The notes under the pieces were generated by a model that worked only from the letters and a program-made list of their open reading frames with translations, made no database searches and was not told the DNA's origin. Shown here in pieces: positions 37,065 through 47,397 of a DNA stretch of 64,000 nucleotides. A program made the translations under genes and the position numbers. Each line of letters begins with the position of its first letter. The first letter of the stretch is position 1. This stretch comes from a virus, in IMG/VR virus record IMGVR_UViG_3300047382_000480, positions 32,001 through 96,000 of that record; one strand, written 5' to 3'.

Positions 37065-37512
37065 CTTTTATTTCGCCTTCGATGACTTTTTCGTCATCTT
37101 GTTTCAACGCTTTCATCAATTCTGATGTGCTTCCATTAAATAAGACATTGGTTTGATGACCAATTTGAGGCTGTTTTTTAACATCTTTTTCGTCGAGTTT
37201 CTTTTTCTTTTGTTGCAACTCTAGAATATCTTTAGCCTGATCCCCAAACATTTTGATCAACTGACCAGCAACTTCATATGCTCTAGGGTTATCGCTGTTC
37301 TCAGCAACATTTACGATCCCCTGTAAAGTTGACTCGCTATATGCCATGGCTCGTTTTAACGCTCCACGTGCTTCATCGAAATCTTCGTCTACTGTCCCGT
37401 CAGTGGTTACGACTGGAACCTTTGGTTCAGATTCTTTTGTTGTGGTTTCAAAAGTTTTATCAAGCGCATCAAAAATTTTATTTTTACTCATAATTTGTGT
37501 CAAACTCTTCAA
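37048..37512 (-). CDS. gp16: Terminase small subunit gp16
   Basis: PRAYEVAGQLIK, NVLFNGSTSELMK; likely start at 37491. Confidence 0.92.
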   Translation of the reverse strand: MKSLTQIMSKNKIFDALDKTFETTTKESEPKVPVVTTDGTVDEDFDEARGALKRAMAYSESTLQGIVNVAENSDNPRAYEVAGQLIKMFGDQAKDILELQQKKKKLDEKDVKKQPQIGHQTNVLFNGSTSELMKALKQDDEKVIEGEIKDGDTD

Positions 37513-38503
37513 GGAATCGGTATGTGTCGTCTACACTTTGATTACCATCATCTGGTGCCTCAAAGGTAACAGTAGGGACACTCGTATATCCTGAACCGCC
37601 ATCATTTATTGTGACTGATTTTACTCTATATTTTCCTGTATTTATAGGATCTGGTTCCATCGTAACAGAAGCTCTTGCTCCCGATCCGTCACCAGTAATT
37701 GTTATATTTGGTCCATTTTGAGTATAACCACCACCCTTATACGTCAATTCTATTGCACTCACCGCAGTACCTGTTAAAACTGCAGTTCCCGTGGCTGTTG
37801 CTGAAGATACAGTATATGATTGTCTGGAAAATTTACCCGAAAGATCTGGGTCTTGGAATATATCAACAACAGCTTTTCTTATCACATCTTGATTTCCGAT
37901 GTAACCATAGAAATTTAGTTTCATATTAAAAGTCAAAGTCCAAACAATACTCGAACGATCTGAATAAGTTCCTTGAGTTTGATCTTCGTATCCGACAGAA
38001 TCTAATGTCAATTTTATGTCTCTTTTTATTCCCATTTCAGGAAGGTCGTTGACAGTGATGCTGAAATCTGGATTAAAGAAAGGTAAGATCTGCTCTATAA
38101 TTTGAAGACCATCTTCTTGGTTTTTTGCAAAAACATATAACTGTAAAGAAAGGTCGTATGGTGTAGAAGTAAAAACTTGCTTCACAGACGTTGCTGAACC
38201 TGAACCTTTTTTATGATGATGGATGGGAGAAACACGCCTTGCTGCATCGTATTGAAGAGAAACAATCTCAAACCCCATTCGTGGTAATACTAATGCAACC
38301 TCACCACGACTCTCAACGCTAGGAACCTGTTCGATTCTAGAAATGAATTTTTGTTTTGTTGAATACGCTAATGGTACTCTCAACGATTGAACAACATTAC
38401 CGCTAGAATCTGTTCTTTCTATGTTTATATTATTGAAAATTGTGCCAAAAGCAGCAACTGCTTTTCGGATATGAGAATGATAGAAAGTTTTACCCTTAAA
38501 CAT
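37484..38503 (-). CDS. gp15: Tail sheath stabiliser / terminator gp15 with C-terminal GGSGY module
   Basis: FGTIFNNI, VPLAY..KQKF, LPRMGFE, QI.EQILPFF.P. Confidence 0.93.
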   Translation of the reverse strand: MFKGKTFYHSHIRKAVAAFGTIFNNINIERTDSSGNVVQSLRVPLAYSTKQKFISRIEQVPSVESRGEVALVLPRMGFEIVSLQYDAARRVSPIHHHKKGSGSATSVKQVFTSTPYDLSLQLYVFAKNQEDGLQIIEQILPFFNPDFSITVNDLPEMGIKRDIKLTLDSVGYEDQTQGTYSDRSSIVWTLTFNMKLNFYGYIGNQDVIRKAVVDIFQDPDLSGKFSRQSYTVSSATATGTAVLTGTAVSAIELTYKGGGYTQNGPNITITGDGSGARASVTMEPDPINTGKYRVKSVTINDGGSGYTSVPTVTFEAPDDGNQSVDDTYRFLEEFDTNYE

Positions 38504-39246
38504 TAAAAGTCTCCAAACGGATTAGATTCCGTGAAGTCAAGGATATTACTTGCAGTCTCTGCAGCTTGGAAATCGTCACCTTGAACAGATGGTTTTATAG
38601 CATAATCTTCTTTAATCAAAGAACCTCCATCTTCAAGGGTAATATTACCTGAAGCATCTTCAAGCACAAGTTGGAACAGGCGTTGGTCAACTGTATTTGA
38701 ATCTTCAATTGCATCAATATCAGTAATTCCAGTATCGATGGATTCAGAACTGTATTCAAATAATTCACACTTCATCTTGAAAACATAAATTTTTCCAAGT
38801 TGGTAAAATGGATCTTGAAACTCTACAAATTTTATTTCGAATAAAGATTTTGTTTTGGGAAAGAACAACAAATCCCCTTCCATTGGTCTTGCCCCACCGC
38901 CTACAAACGAAGCACCATCGGTATTTGACACAACATCATCCCACCTTTTTCGAGACATAACAAATGTTGCTTGATCTCTTATTTCAAGACCAAATCTCTG
39001 GAATAATTCTCCGTCTCCCTCGAATCCTTCTGCGTTTTCGAGATACATTTCGACTGGATATGCCTGCTCAAACTTTGACAATTCATCTTCATCAAAAATA
39101 GTGTCTGTGTTCACAAAGGAACGAGGCATATAATAGATGTCATGTCCATAGATCTTGAGAGACTCTACAACAAGGTCTTCAACTAACCTCTGTTCGGCAG
39201 TAGTTCCTGATGTGTCTCCAGATTGAAAATAGAAATTGGTAGCCAT
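38503..39246 (-). CDS. gp14: Neck protein gp14
   Basis: ESLKIYG.D.YY.PR, FGLEIRD, P.EGDL, FYQLGK, CELFEYS, DFTESNPFG. Confidence 0.95.
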   Translation of the reverse strand: MATNFYFQSGDTSGTTAEQRLVEDLVVESLKIYGHDIYYMPRSFVNTDTIFDEDELSKFEQAYPVEMYLENAEGFEGDGELFQRFGLEIRDQATFVMSRKRWDDVVSNTDGASFVGGGARPMEGDLLFFPKTKSLFEIKFVEFQDPFYQLGKIYVFKMKCELFEYSSESIDTGITDIDAIEDSNTVDQRLFQLVLEDASGNITLEDGGSLIKEDYAIKPSVQGDDFQAAETASNILDFTESNPFGDF

Positions 39247-39247
39247 A

Positions 39248-40249
39248 TTATCCCGTCATAAATGTTGGGGGAAGTTCGTATCTAACCTGCATTTCTTCTT
39301 CTATTGTGGCAATTTCATTTATCGCTTCACCGAATATCTGATCGCCATTAAGAGTTACGCCTCCAGGAAGTTGTATACCACCAAACTTCTTCATATTCTC
39401 GCCCCACTGACGTTTGATCAAAGCTGTCGCGTATTTCTTCAACCACATATCATCATAAACTTCTGAATAGTCTGTTCCTGATACTAGTGCATACCCTTCT
39501 GCAATGACGTAATCTCCAATATCAAAGGTCTGATCCATATCAGTGTCTATGTAAAGTTTATTTGTTTTACGATTAAATCGTATTTGTCGATCGTTAACAA
39601 ATAGACTCTCAAGAACATTCATATGTGTTTTGACCATAGAATAATATGTTACATCTGCACTCAGTAGATTATATAAATCGTTTTGAGCAAACTGATAATC
39701 TACGTCAAAAAGCCCATCAGAGTTAGAGGTGGAGCCGACTCCACCAAATTTAAATAGTTTAGTTACACCGAGAATATTGTTTCCTATGGAGATATATCCA
39801 TTCTCTATATCTCCTTTGGTGACTGACAAGACTATACCTTGCCCTGAGTTAGAATTTAAAGTTGTAGAAGTTCCTGTGTCGTATTTTCGTAATTGCTCTG
39901 ATGGTGAGAACCCACTTCCAGCATCTAGATTTTTATAAGTTATTTTTTTATTGGAAGACCCTTCTACATCATCGATTGCGGTTATCTTTGCTCTCGAATT
40001 AGAAGTCACCCCAATAATAGTATCTCCTACAGAAAAATCAACAGTAAACGAGTATTGTAAAGTAGAACCTTCGAGTGCTTTTTTGATGTAAACACGCTCA
40101 ACACCATCGAAATGATATTCTTGCCATAATTGTATGGCATCATCTATTCGGTCGCTTATCTGGTCGTCGTCTACATTTATTTCGATTACAGGGAATCCTA
40201 ATCTTCGTAGGCAGTAATCTATTAGTTCTTGTCTGGATGATAAAGCCAT
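39248..40249 (-). CDS. gp13: Neck protein gp13
   Basis: YCLRRLG.PVIEINVDDDQ, YHFDG, WLKKYATALIKRQWG.N..KF.G.QLPGG. Confidence 0.95.
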   Translation of the reverse strand: MALSSRQELIDYCLRRLGFPVIEINVDDDQISDRIDDAIQLWQEYHFDGVERVYIKKALEGSTLQYSFTVDFSVGDTIIGVTSNSRAKITAIDDVEGSSNKKITYKNLDAGSGFSPSEQLRKYDTGTSTTLNSNSGQGIVLSVTKGDIENGYISIGNNILGVTKLFKFGGVGSTSNSDGLFDVDYQFAQNDLYNLLSADVTYYSMVKTHMNVLESLFVNDRQIRFNRKTNKLYIDTDMDQTFDIGDYVIAEGYALVSGTDYSEVYDDMWLKKYATALIKRQWGENMKKFGGIQLPGGVTLNGDQIFGEAINEIATIEEEMQVRYELPPTFMTG

Positions 40250-40283
40250 TTGAACCCCTGTCGGTTATTGTTAAATCTATGAC

Positions 40284-40291
40284 TATTTATA
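40284..40291 (-). promoter_or_regulatory. Late promoter of gp13
   Basis: Intergenic TATAAATA. Confidence 0.8.
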
Positions 40292-40313
40292 ATTATGAAA
40301 AGGCTAGAGATCG

Positions 40314-41513
40314 TTAGATGATAGCAAATTTTATATATGCAAGGCTCGCACAATCGACACCATAATAAACATCAATCGTATCTCCAGTATTTAGATAATA
40401 TCCAGGAGATTTAGCGTGGTAATATTGATTTGAAACCCTGAAGGTAGTAGTAGAACTGCTTGTTTCAAAGAACCCATACCCTCTACTTGTATTATTATTA
40501 TTGGGAAACCCTTGTGCGATGTTGTATAGTCTTCCAGTACCTTGACTGCCCGTGGGTGAATTTATACTTCTAATTACAAACCTTCCGCTGCTTCCATTAT
40601 TCATTGAAGTAATAACAGATGATTCTGATTCGTTCCATTCATCAGGGTTAGAAGCTGTGGGTGGAACTGCAACCATTGTTTTCCATCCAGGTTGAAAAGA
40701 TCCATTATCTAATTCAAATGGATACAGCGTGTCATTTACAGCATATGATGCAAATTGAGCATCTCCACGGAAATATTGCGCAGTACCGCCATTACCATCG
40801 AGTTGTGCGCTAATATGTAAATATTTTGTTCCAGCAGTTCCTGTATATGTTAATGTGACTCTTCTCCAATATTCAGTCCCTGTTATTTGGGTATTGGAAC
40901 TTATAGAACCCACAACATTAGGAGCAGGAATATCAGTATCCGTAAATGTGTCATTAGCACTGTTGTATGAACCATGAGGGTATGATGGAGTGTACGTCTT
41001 TCCATACATATTAAGAAGTTCAACATCATACCCTGTTGTTGCAGAAGTGCCATTAGCTAATATTCTAGACCCATAATCATTCAACGAAATTTGTTTTCCT
41101 GCCACACCACCGATCTCTAATTGAACAGAATTGGGTGGATTATCTCCAGACATGGTCATTTCCTGTGCTGGGTCAGAACTATTTTGAGCAGTGAAATACC
41201 CGCTTATCTGAAATAATTTTGATTGAGTGTTCTGATAAATGTATGTAGAAAAGTTTCCCGAAACAGAATTTGCAAAGGATACAACCATAGTGGTTACTGT
41301 GGGAGTGCTATTGTTTGCAGTGCTATCATCACCGACAGTATTGATAGTTATTGAGCAATTTTGGGGAGAGATGTATGTCGGAGTGTCATAAGTTTCGACA
41401 ACTGCCGTGATAGTTTCACCATTATCGACAACCAACCCTGTAGCTGTGGTATAATCATTTGCAGACCTTATACTACCAGTAAGGTTTATTTCATCTATTG
41501 CTGTGAGTGTCAT
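40314..41513 (-). CDS. Putative tail-fibre-associated / receptor-binding protein
   Basis: S/T/N/G-rich, beta-rich 399 aa protein two genes after the S74 fibre; ISLND...R.LA...MYGK segment recalls fibre-tip adhesin anchors. Confidence 0.55.
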   Translation of the reverse strand: MTLTAIDEINLTGSIRSANDYTTATGLVVDNGETITAVVETYDTPTYISPQNCSITINTVGDDSTANNSTPTVTTMVVSFANSVSGNFSTYIYQNTQSKLFQISGYFTAQNSSDPAQEMTMSGDNPPNSVQLEIGGVAGKQISLNDYGSRILANGTSATTGYDVELLNMYGKTYTPSYPHGSYNSANDTFTDTDIPAPNVVGSISSNTQITGTEYWRRVTLTYTGTAGTKYLHISAQLDGNGGTAQYFRGDAQFASYAVNDTLYPFELDNGSFQPGWKTMVAVPPTASNPDEWNESESSVITSMNNGSSGRFVIRSINSPTGSQGTGRLYNIAQGFPNNNNTSRGYGFFETSSSTTTFRVSNQYYHAKSPGYYLNTGDTIDVYYGVDCASLAYIKFAII

Positions 41514-41881
41514 CAGACTATATCATCTACGTCAATTTCTGGATCAACCCAATCCCAAGGATTTACCTCGTGCTCAGGTGGGTTCTTAGATAAAGATATA
41601 TCTTGTGCGATTACCGATTCTATACTAGAGACTTCTTCTTCACCGAGAGCAGTTTTAGCCCATCCAATCGTAATATCTTTAGTTACATCAGCCCATGCAA
41701 TAAACCCTTCCGCAGAAGGATCTGCTTCAACATCAACGCTCCCATAGCGTCTACCTCTATGAATTACCTGCTTGCTTGCATCTTGTACTGTTTCATAGTC
41801 TGTGGCTTCCCAATGTATCCTCCTAATAGAACCATCAGAAATGCTCGAATCGACCTTTGTTATATTCCAAGTAACAGCCAT
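41513..41881 (-). CDS. Small tail-fibre-associated protein
   Basis: TWNI...IHW...FI.WADVT.....GW.K..LG pattern, common next to fibre genes. Confidence 0.65.
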   Translation of the reverse strand: MAVTWNITKVDSSISDGSIRRIHWEATDYETVQDASKQVIHRGRRYGSVDVEADPSAEGFIAWADVTKDITIGWAKTALGEEEVSSIESVIAQDISLSKNPPEHEVNPWDWVDPEIDVDDIV

Positions 41882-41882
41882 T

Positions 41883-44800
41883 CTATTTCTCCATTTCCTT
41901 CATTTTCGTTTCTAACTCACCAACCTTTTTCGTTAATTCTTTTATTGACTCAATCAATAAAGGTGTCAGCTTGTCGTAATGAACACTTTTATAGTCTTCT
42001 CCAAACTCGTCTTGACCTACCGCAGATTTAGTTACAATCTCAGGTAATACTTCCTCAACCTCTTGAGCAGATACACCGACCTCTAGTTCGGTATTATCCA
42101 CACCCAAAGAATGCGCTAATGCGTTTGGTGTATAGTAATATCCTGTGAGTTTATTAACTTTATCTAGAGCATCTGGAATTGCGCCCTTCAAGTCTTTTAG
42201 TCTTTCGTCAGAGTAATACGCAGTCACATTACCTGTAGCAACAATATCACCGACAACATGGAGTGCTTCGGCTGGAACAGAAGTTCCTATCCCAAGCCTA
42301 CCATTACCCTTAAATCGGAACTTTTCAGAACCTGCACCAAAGTGCATCTTTATATCATGAGCAGCACCATTCAAAGTTGCGTATGAGTCTATTTGAGTTG
42401 TCCCATTAGAACAACTCAACCCAGTGGTAGAATCAGTACCACTAGTGTTTACAACCTGCAAACCACCAGAAGATGAGCTTGTTCCTGAGGTATTGATATT
42501 CGCTTTAATGGTGGCACCAGAGGTGCCAGTAACTGTTAAATTCGCATTATTGACAGCTGTATTTCCATTAAGGTTAATAAATTTAGTAGTAGTATTTGAT
42601 GTTGGACCAATATTAATGTTGGTTGTTCCACCATTATGAAAGTTTGTCCCTATATTGACATTTTTTATGACATTAGTGCTACCAGAATTTGCCCCAATGG
42701 CAATATTATCATTTGTCGTAGTGTTATTGCCGTGAGATTGCGTCGTGGTAATAGTCTTTGTTGTTAATAGGCTAGGAACTGTCAGAATCGCATTATTTTT
42801 AAGTTCGACTGAAGGTATACCTTGATCATTAGCGACCTCAAAAACTTCGGTCATAGTCCCGTTGAGAGCAACATTAAATTTAAGACTTCCGTCTTCAGAA
42901 GTATAGGCATGATCTATTATTGAAGAAGATATACTTGCATAATCGGCAGGCGTGCCATTAACCGCTGGTGCGTTAAATTGAATTGATCCAATATTGCTAC
43001 CCTCAGCGACAGTAGCAGTCCTTACTAATTCAATTATTGGGAAAGTGCTTGTCGTTGTTGATGTAGTCTCTACTGTGACTTTACCAGAGTCAGTAGACCC
43101 ATGGCTTGTAAACGCAGTATTTCCAGCGATTTCAGATCTGGCAGATGGAGAAGCATTAAGTTGAATTTTTGTAGCACTACCACTAGCTGGAGATCCTAAC
43201 CTAGATTCAATAAGAATGTAACCATGACTGTCATTTATATCTGAAAGACCACCTGTGTCAATTCTAGACCCAGCTCTTATAACAGAACCATTGCTTGTGG
43301 TTCCTGCTACTCCGGAGTAATTATTATTACTTAAAATTCGAAAAGCTGCAACACTTGTTGGGGTGTTATGTTGTGTTCCTTTCAGCGTTAATGGCACAGT
43401 CCCTAGCGTAGAAGAAGGAATATATCCAATTGCTACTGGCTTGCTTATGTGACTATCGCCTTCGCTGTCAAACCTTATGGTCTCATCGTGAGTATCAGAT
43501 GAGGAATTACCTGTCGTTTGATACATAGATAATCTAGAGCTGTCTCCAGAACTCTCTAGAACAAGCGACTCTAGCTTATCGTAATCTGTTATTGTACCAC
43601 CACCAGTGTAGCTGGCATTATCTGAATTTCTTATAACTGTTTCAAACAAAGTTATCTTACCATCACCCTCGCATCTAATTCCAGGATTAGCATGATCGGG
43701 AGTAGTGGTGTACCTAATATCAAAGAATCCACCAGAATTGAGTTGAGTAAATGTGGTATTACCATTAATATCAATTGTATGAGTGCCACCAGTATTTGTT
43801 GCACTCGCGCCACCGATTGTCACTGCCGTATTTGCTGATGAAGACCCAGTTGGTGCTGCTATGTCTACGTTTGTGGTGCTAGTGCTTTGACCCGAACTAG
43901 CGATATTGATGGTTTGAGTTGTATTACCTTCTGTTGCGGCATCACCGATATTAATGGTGTTAGCTTTGGTGCTGTTACCGACAGTGATTGTACCAGTTTT
44001 TGTACTACTACCTAATGTGATTGGTTTATCGTCACGACCGCTCATAACAATCCCATTAGCATAACTCATTTGCAATTCTGTAGCACCAGCTGTATTGAAG
44101 GTAATGTTATTGGTCAGTGATGGTGGGTTACCATCATCAACAATTATTATACTAGTATCATTTTTAATAATTCTATCAAAGGTGGTGTTACCTGCCATCG
44201 CAGTTGTAGCAGTTGTGCCTATTTGTAGTGTAGTTACAGCACCAGTATTTCCATCAACACTTGTTACTGCATCTGTGGGTGTAGCAAGTAGTGTGAAGTT
44301 TGTCATATCATGTGGATCAGTAGTTCCACTATTCCGCATGTATGTTTTGTTTTCGTCAGTACGAACTACAACATCACCTTCTTCTGTTGTCAAGGCAAGT
44401 TGTGCAGATTCGCTTGCTGCAGTTTGTACTGTCGTAAGAGCAGTTGCTGCCATGTTACTCACAGGCAATGTTCCAGTTACTTGCGATGATAAATCAAGAC
44501 TACCACCTATTGCACTTAGAGCAGTATTACCCGCCATCGCAGTTGTGGCAGTTGTACCAATTTGCAATAGTGAAGTATCGCCCGCTAGAGCAGTCGTTGA
44601 TGTTGTACCTAATGCTAGTAGTGCAGTATCACCTGCGAGTGCAGTTGTTGATGTTGTACCTAGTTCTAATAATGCAGTATCACCTGCGAGTGCAGTTGTT
44701 GATGTTGTACCTAGTTCTAATAATGCAGTATCACCCGCAAGAGCAGTCGTTCCTGTTGTGCCTAACTGAAGTAATGAAGTATCACCCGCAAGAGCAGTTG

Positions 44801-47012
44801 TTGATGTTGTACCAAGTTGTAGTAAGGCTGTATCGCCCGCAAGTGCTGTCGTTGATGATGTACCAAGTTGCAATAGTGCGGTATCGCCTGCCAATGCTGT
44901 AGTGGAACTTGTACCTAATTGCAATAATGAAGTGTTACCAGCTAGTGCTGTAGTAGAAGTTGTACCTAACTGAAGTAATGAAGTATCACCTGCCAATGCT
45001 GTAGTAGAAGTTGTGCCAAGTTGTAATAATGAAGTGTTACCAGCTAGTGCTGTTGTTGCGGTTGTACCTAATTGTAGTGTTGTGACTGCGCCAGTATTTC
45101 CGTCGACGCTTGTTACTGAATCAGTTGGAGTCGCAAGAAGTGTAAAATCTGCCATTGTTCCTGCAGAACCACCATTATGCATATATGTTTTATTTTGGTC
45201 AGTCCGAACTACAACATCGCCTTCTTCTGTTGTTAGAGCCAGTTGTGCAGCTTCATCCGCAGCAGTCTGTATTGTTGTAAGTGCTGTTGCTGCCATGTTG
45301 CTGACAGGAAGAATTCCAGTCACCTGTGTAGATGCGTCAATAGAAAGTGCAGATTGATGTGCAGTTACGTCAGTTTCGCTAACAGTTTTTTTATACCCTG
45401 CATTCCCTACAAGAGTGTCTAGTGACCCAGTAATTGCCTGATTTGATGAATTACCGATAAAAATATCGCCATCGTCGAGATTGGGTGTAGCATTAGTTCT
45501 TCCCGCACCCATAATCTTAATAGAACCAGAAGTTGCGTGTACTCTAGTGACCTTTGCGATTTTCTGTATGAGGTTTGCACTTCCTGATGGTGCTGTATTA
45601 ACTAACACCCCAGCTGTTGAAGCTGATACATATAATTCATCATTGATCGAAAAACTACTTGTGTCTATACCAGACAATGTGCCAAAGGTATAAACATCAA
45701 CATTTGCATTAGCATTCGCAGCCGTGGAAACAATACCAAATGCTGGCATTTTAGCAGCATCACTTGCATTTGCCTTAGCAACTTGCGTTTGATTGCCTGT
45801 TGTATCGTACTGATCAATATAAACAACATCGCCTTTAGCCAGACCTTCACTTGCCTTAGCTTTAAATAATACCGCTCCTCGAACATCACCAATAAATTCA
45901 TCAGCCTCAACATCACCAGTAACTTCTACACCATCATTTGTTGTCTGTAATCTTGAGGAATTATTATAATATAATCTGATAAATGGAGAAGTTCCAGGCA
46001 TAGTAAATGCGGCAAGGGCTCTCTGCCTAGAATCGTTTTCTAGAAATATACCATTTCCGTCACTAGAAAGATAAAGTCCATTGGTGCCCACATCTTTGAT
46101 TACAGACCTTCCATCTCCAACAGCTTCACTAGTTGTGTCGTGGTAAATAAGTAAGTCATTGCTATCACCAAACTTAGCTTTTACGTCATCCCCGAATGAT
46201 ATATCACCAGTAAACGTAGCACCAGATAATTCTGCATATCTACCATCAAAGTCTGTAGTAACTGTACTGTTGTCAGATTTAGTGAGAGTGAGTACTCCAT
46301 CAGAAGTTTCGAAAGATGCTGATGTTATACCAACAGCACTACCGCCACCATCTGCACCAACCCACTTTGATAAAGACGAGTCATATTTCAGAAATTTACC
46401 ATCCACGAGGGCAGTTGAACGATCTACATCGTCCATATCTTTTATTTTTACTGCACCACCGCCACCAGAACCTTGCATACCTAATCTAAGGCTTGAAATA
46501 GATTTCTTAACATCTTCGATTTGTTTCTCAAGTGATTTCATTTTCACTTGATCTTCAGATAATTCAACACGCTTAGTTTTAAGGTAGTCTAATGCTTGCT
46601 CGTGTAATGGTGTTTCAGCTAACTCTTCAAGGTTCTCTGTTTCTTTGATTATTTCTTCTTCAGATTCTTCAACTAATTCTTCAATTTCCACTAAAGGTTC
46701 TTCAACGATTTCCTCTACTGGGTCTTGGATCTTATCTTCGGTGAAAGTCTCCTCAATATCTTCTGAGACTATCTGTGGCTGGACTTCTTCTTTCACTGTT
46801 GGTGATGTGAGCCATGCTTCCATGGCAGCAATTTCTCGCTTCTGGTTTTCCTCTTGCTCTTTCAACTGCTTGAGTTCAGAAGAAAATGCTTCTAAGAAGT
46901 CTTGCTTCAGATCTTCTGATTTCTTCTTAGTTTTATTTTTCTTTTTCTTTTCTTCTGCAGAATTCTTAGCCTTTTCTTCGGCTAACATCTTAAACAGATC
47001 ATTCATATCCAT
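41883..47012 (-). CDS. Long tail fibre protein with C-terminal intramolecular chaperone (peptidase S74-like)
   Basis: C-terminal YYSDERLK...GVSAQEV..VLPE.V...V.Y.KL.PLLIESIKEL coiled coil; RLGIGTS.P...LHV.G; internal tandem repeats. Confidence 0.9.
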   Translation of the reverse strand: MDMNDLFKMLAEEKAKNSAEEKKKKNKTKKKSEDLKQDFLEAFSSELKQLKEQEENQKREIAAMEAWLTSPTVKEEVQPQIVSEDIEETFTEDKIQDPVEEIVEEPLVEIEELVEESEEEIIKETENLEELAETPLHEQALDYLKTKRVELSEDQVKMKSLEKQIEDVKKSISSLRLGMQGSGGGGAVKIKDMDDVDRSTALVDGKFLKYDSSLSKWVGADGGGSAVGITSASFETSDGVLTLTKSDNSTVTTDFDGRYAELSGATFTGDISFGDDVKAKFGDSNDLLIYHDTTSEAVGDGRSVIKDVGTNGLYLSSDGNGIFLENDSRQRALAAFTMPGTSPFIRLYYNNSSRLQTTNDGVEVTGDVEADEFIGDVRGAVLFKAKASEGLAKGDVVYIDQYDTTGNQTQVAKANASDAAKMPAFGIVSTAANANANVDVYTFGTLSGIDTSSFSINDELYVSASTAGVLVNTAPSGSANLIQKIAKVTRVHATSGSIKIMGAGRTNATPNLDDGDIFIGNSSNQAITGSLDTLVGNAGYKKTVSETDVTAHQSALSIDASTQVTGILPVSNMAATALTTIQTAADEAAQLALTTEEGDVVVRTDQNKTYMHNGGSAGTMADFTLLATPTDSVTSVDGNTGAVTTLQLGTTATTALAGNTSLLQLGTTSTTALAGDTSLLQLGTTSTTALAGNTSLLQLGTSSTTALAGDTALLQLGTSSTTALAGDTALLQLGTTSTTALAGDTSLLQLGTTGTTALAGDTALLELGTTSTTALAGDTALLELGTTSTTALAGDTALLALGTTSTTALAGDTSLLQIGTTATTAMAGNTALSAIGGSLDLSSQVTGTLPVSNMAATALTTVQTAASESAQLALTTEEGDVVVRTDENKTYMRNSGTTDPHDMTNFTLLATPTDAVTSVDGNTGAVTTLQIGTTATTAMAGNTTFDRIIKNDTSIIIVDDGNPPSLTNNITFNTAGATELQMSYANGIVMSGRDDKPITLGSSTKTGTITVGNSTKANTINIGDAATEGNTTQTINIASSGQSTSTTNVDIAAPTGSSSANTAVTIGGASATNTGGTHTIDINGNTTFTQLNSGGFFDIRYTTTPDHANPGIRCEGDGKITLFETVIRNSDNASYTGGGTITDYDKLESLVLESSGDSSRLSMYQTTGNSSSDTHDETIRFDSEGDSHISKPVAIGYIPSSTLGTVPLTLKGTQHNTPTSVAAFRILSNNNYSGVAGTTSNGSVIRAGSRIDTGGLSDINDSHGYILIESRLGSPASGSATKIQLNASPSARSEIAGNTAFTSHGSTDSGKVTVETTSTTTSTFPIIELVRTATVAEGSNIGSIQFNAPAVNGTPADYASISSSIIDHAYTSEDGSLKFNVALNGTMTEVFEVANDQGIPSVELKNNAILTVPSLLTTKTITTTQSHGNNTTTNDNIAIGANSGSTNVIKNVNIGTNFHNGGTTNINIGPTSNTTTKFINLNGNTAVNNANLTVTGTSGATIKANINTSGTSSSSGGLQVVNTSGTDSTTGLSCSNGTTQIDSYATLNGAAHDIKMHFGAGSEKFRFKGNGRLGIGTSVPAEALHVVGDIVATGNVTAYYSDERLKDLKGAIPDALDKVNKLTGYYYTPNALAHSLGVDNTELEVGVSAQEVEEVLPEIVTKSAVGQDEFGEDYKSVHYDKLTPLLIESIKELTKKVGELETKMKEMEK
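44523..45083 (-). repeat. 11 tandem 51 bp (17 aa) repeats, consensus (S/A)LLQLGTTSTTALAGDT
   Basis: Counted in the translation; two adjacent units are identical in DNA (around 44623-44724). Confidence 0.95.
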
Positions 47013-47018
47013 GATAAA

Positions 47019-47366
47019 TTATGCCTTTGTTACTTGGGGTGTGACTGTGAGTATTCCTTCTACAACTCGTATAGTTTCCGACCCTGATGCACTTTCAACA
47101 TCGTAAACGTAACGACCTGCCTTCAAATTTCCAGTTTGCGTAGCTGTCAATGAGAGAGTTATCACTCCCGTACCATTTACTTGAGATGTCGTGAAACTGG
47201 TTGAGGTAGAACTATAATAACTCTTTCTTATTTGTGCAGTTGTTGTATAACCAGAAAGATTTTTTGCTGAACCAGTGCTATCCTTCGCTGTCACATCAAC
47301 GGAAAATGTTGTACCTTGATCAATTACAATATTCTTTTGAGTCGCCATATCTTTTGCTCCGAACAA
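47019..47366 (-). CDS. Small virion structural / adaptor protein
   Basis: IDQGTTF, AQIRKSY, L.LTATQT..LKAGRYVYDV, RVVEG..TV.P.VT; likely start MATQK at 47348. Confidence 0.8.
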   Translation of the reverse strand: MFGAKDMATQKNIVIDQGTTFSVDVTAKDSTGSAKNLSGYTTTAQIRKSYYSSTSTSFTTSQVNGTGVITLSLTATQTGNLKAGRYVYDVESASGSETIRVVEGILTVTPQVTKA

Positions 47367-47375
47367 TGATACTGG

Positions 47376-47383
47376 TATTTATA
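47376..47383 (-). promoter_or_regulatory. Late promoter for the fibre operon
   Basis: TATAAATA on the minus strand. Confidence 0.8.
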
Positions 47384-47397
47384 CGAATAAAAAAGAC

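Noticed and set aside
44523-45083. Tandem array as a CRISPR array or DGR template/variable repeat
   Set aside because: The units are contiguous in-frame coding repeats with no unique spacers, differences are mostly synonymous rather than adenine-specific, and no reverse transcriptase or cas gene is in the window.
44095-45357. Long + strand ORFs opposite the tail fibre
   Set aside because: These are shadow frames produced by the codon bias of the Thr/Ala/Gly repeat; no SD or promoter supports them.
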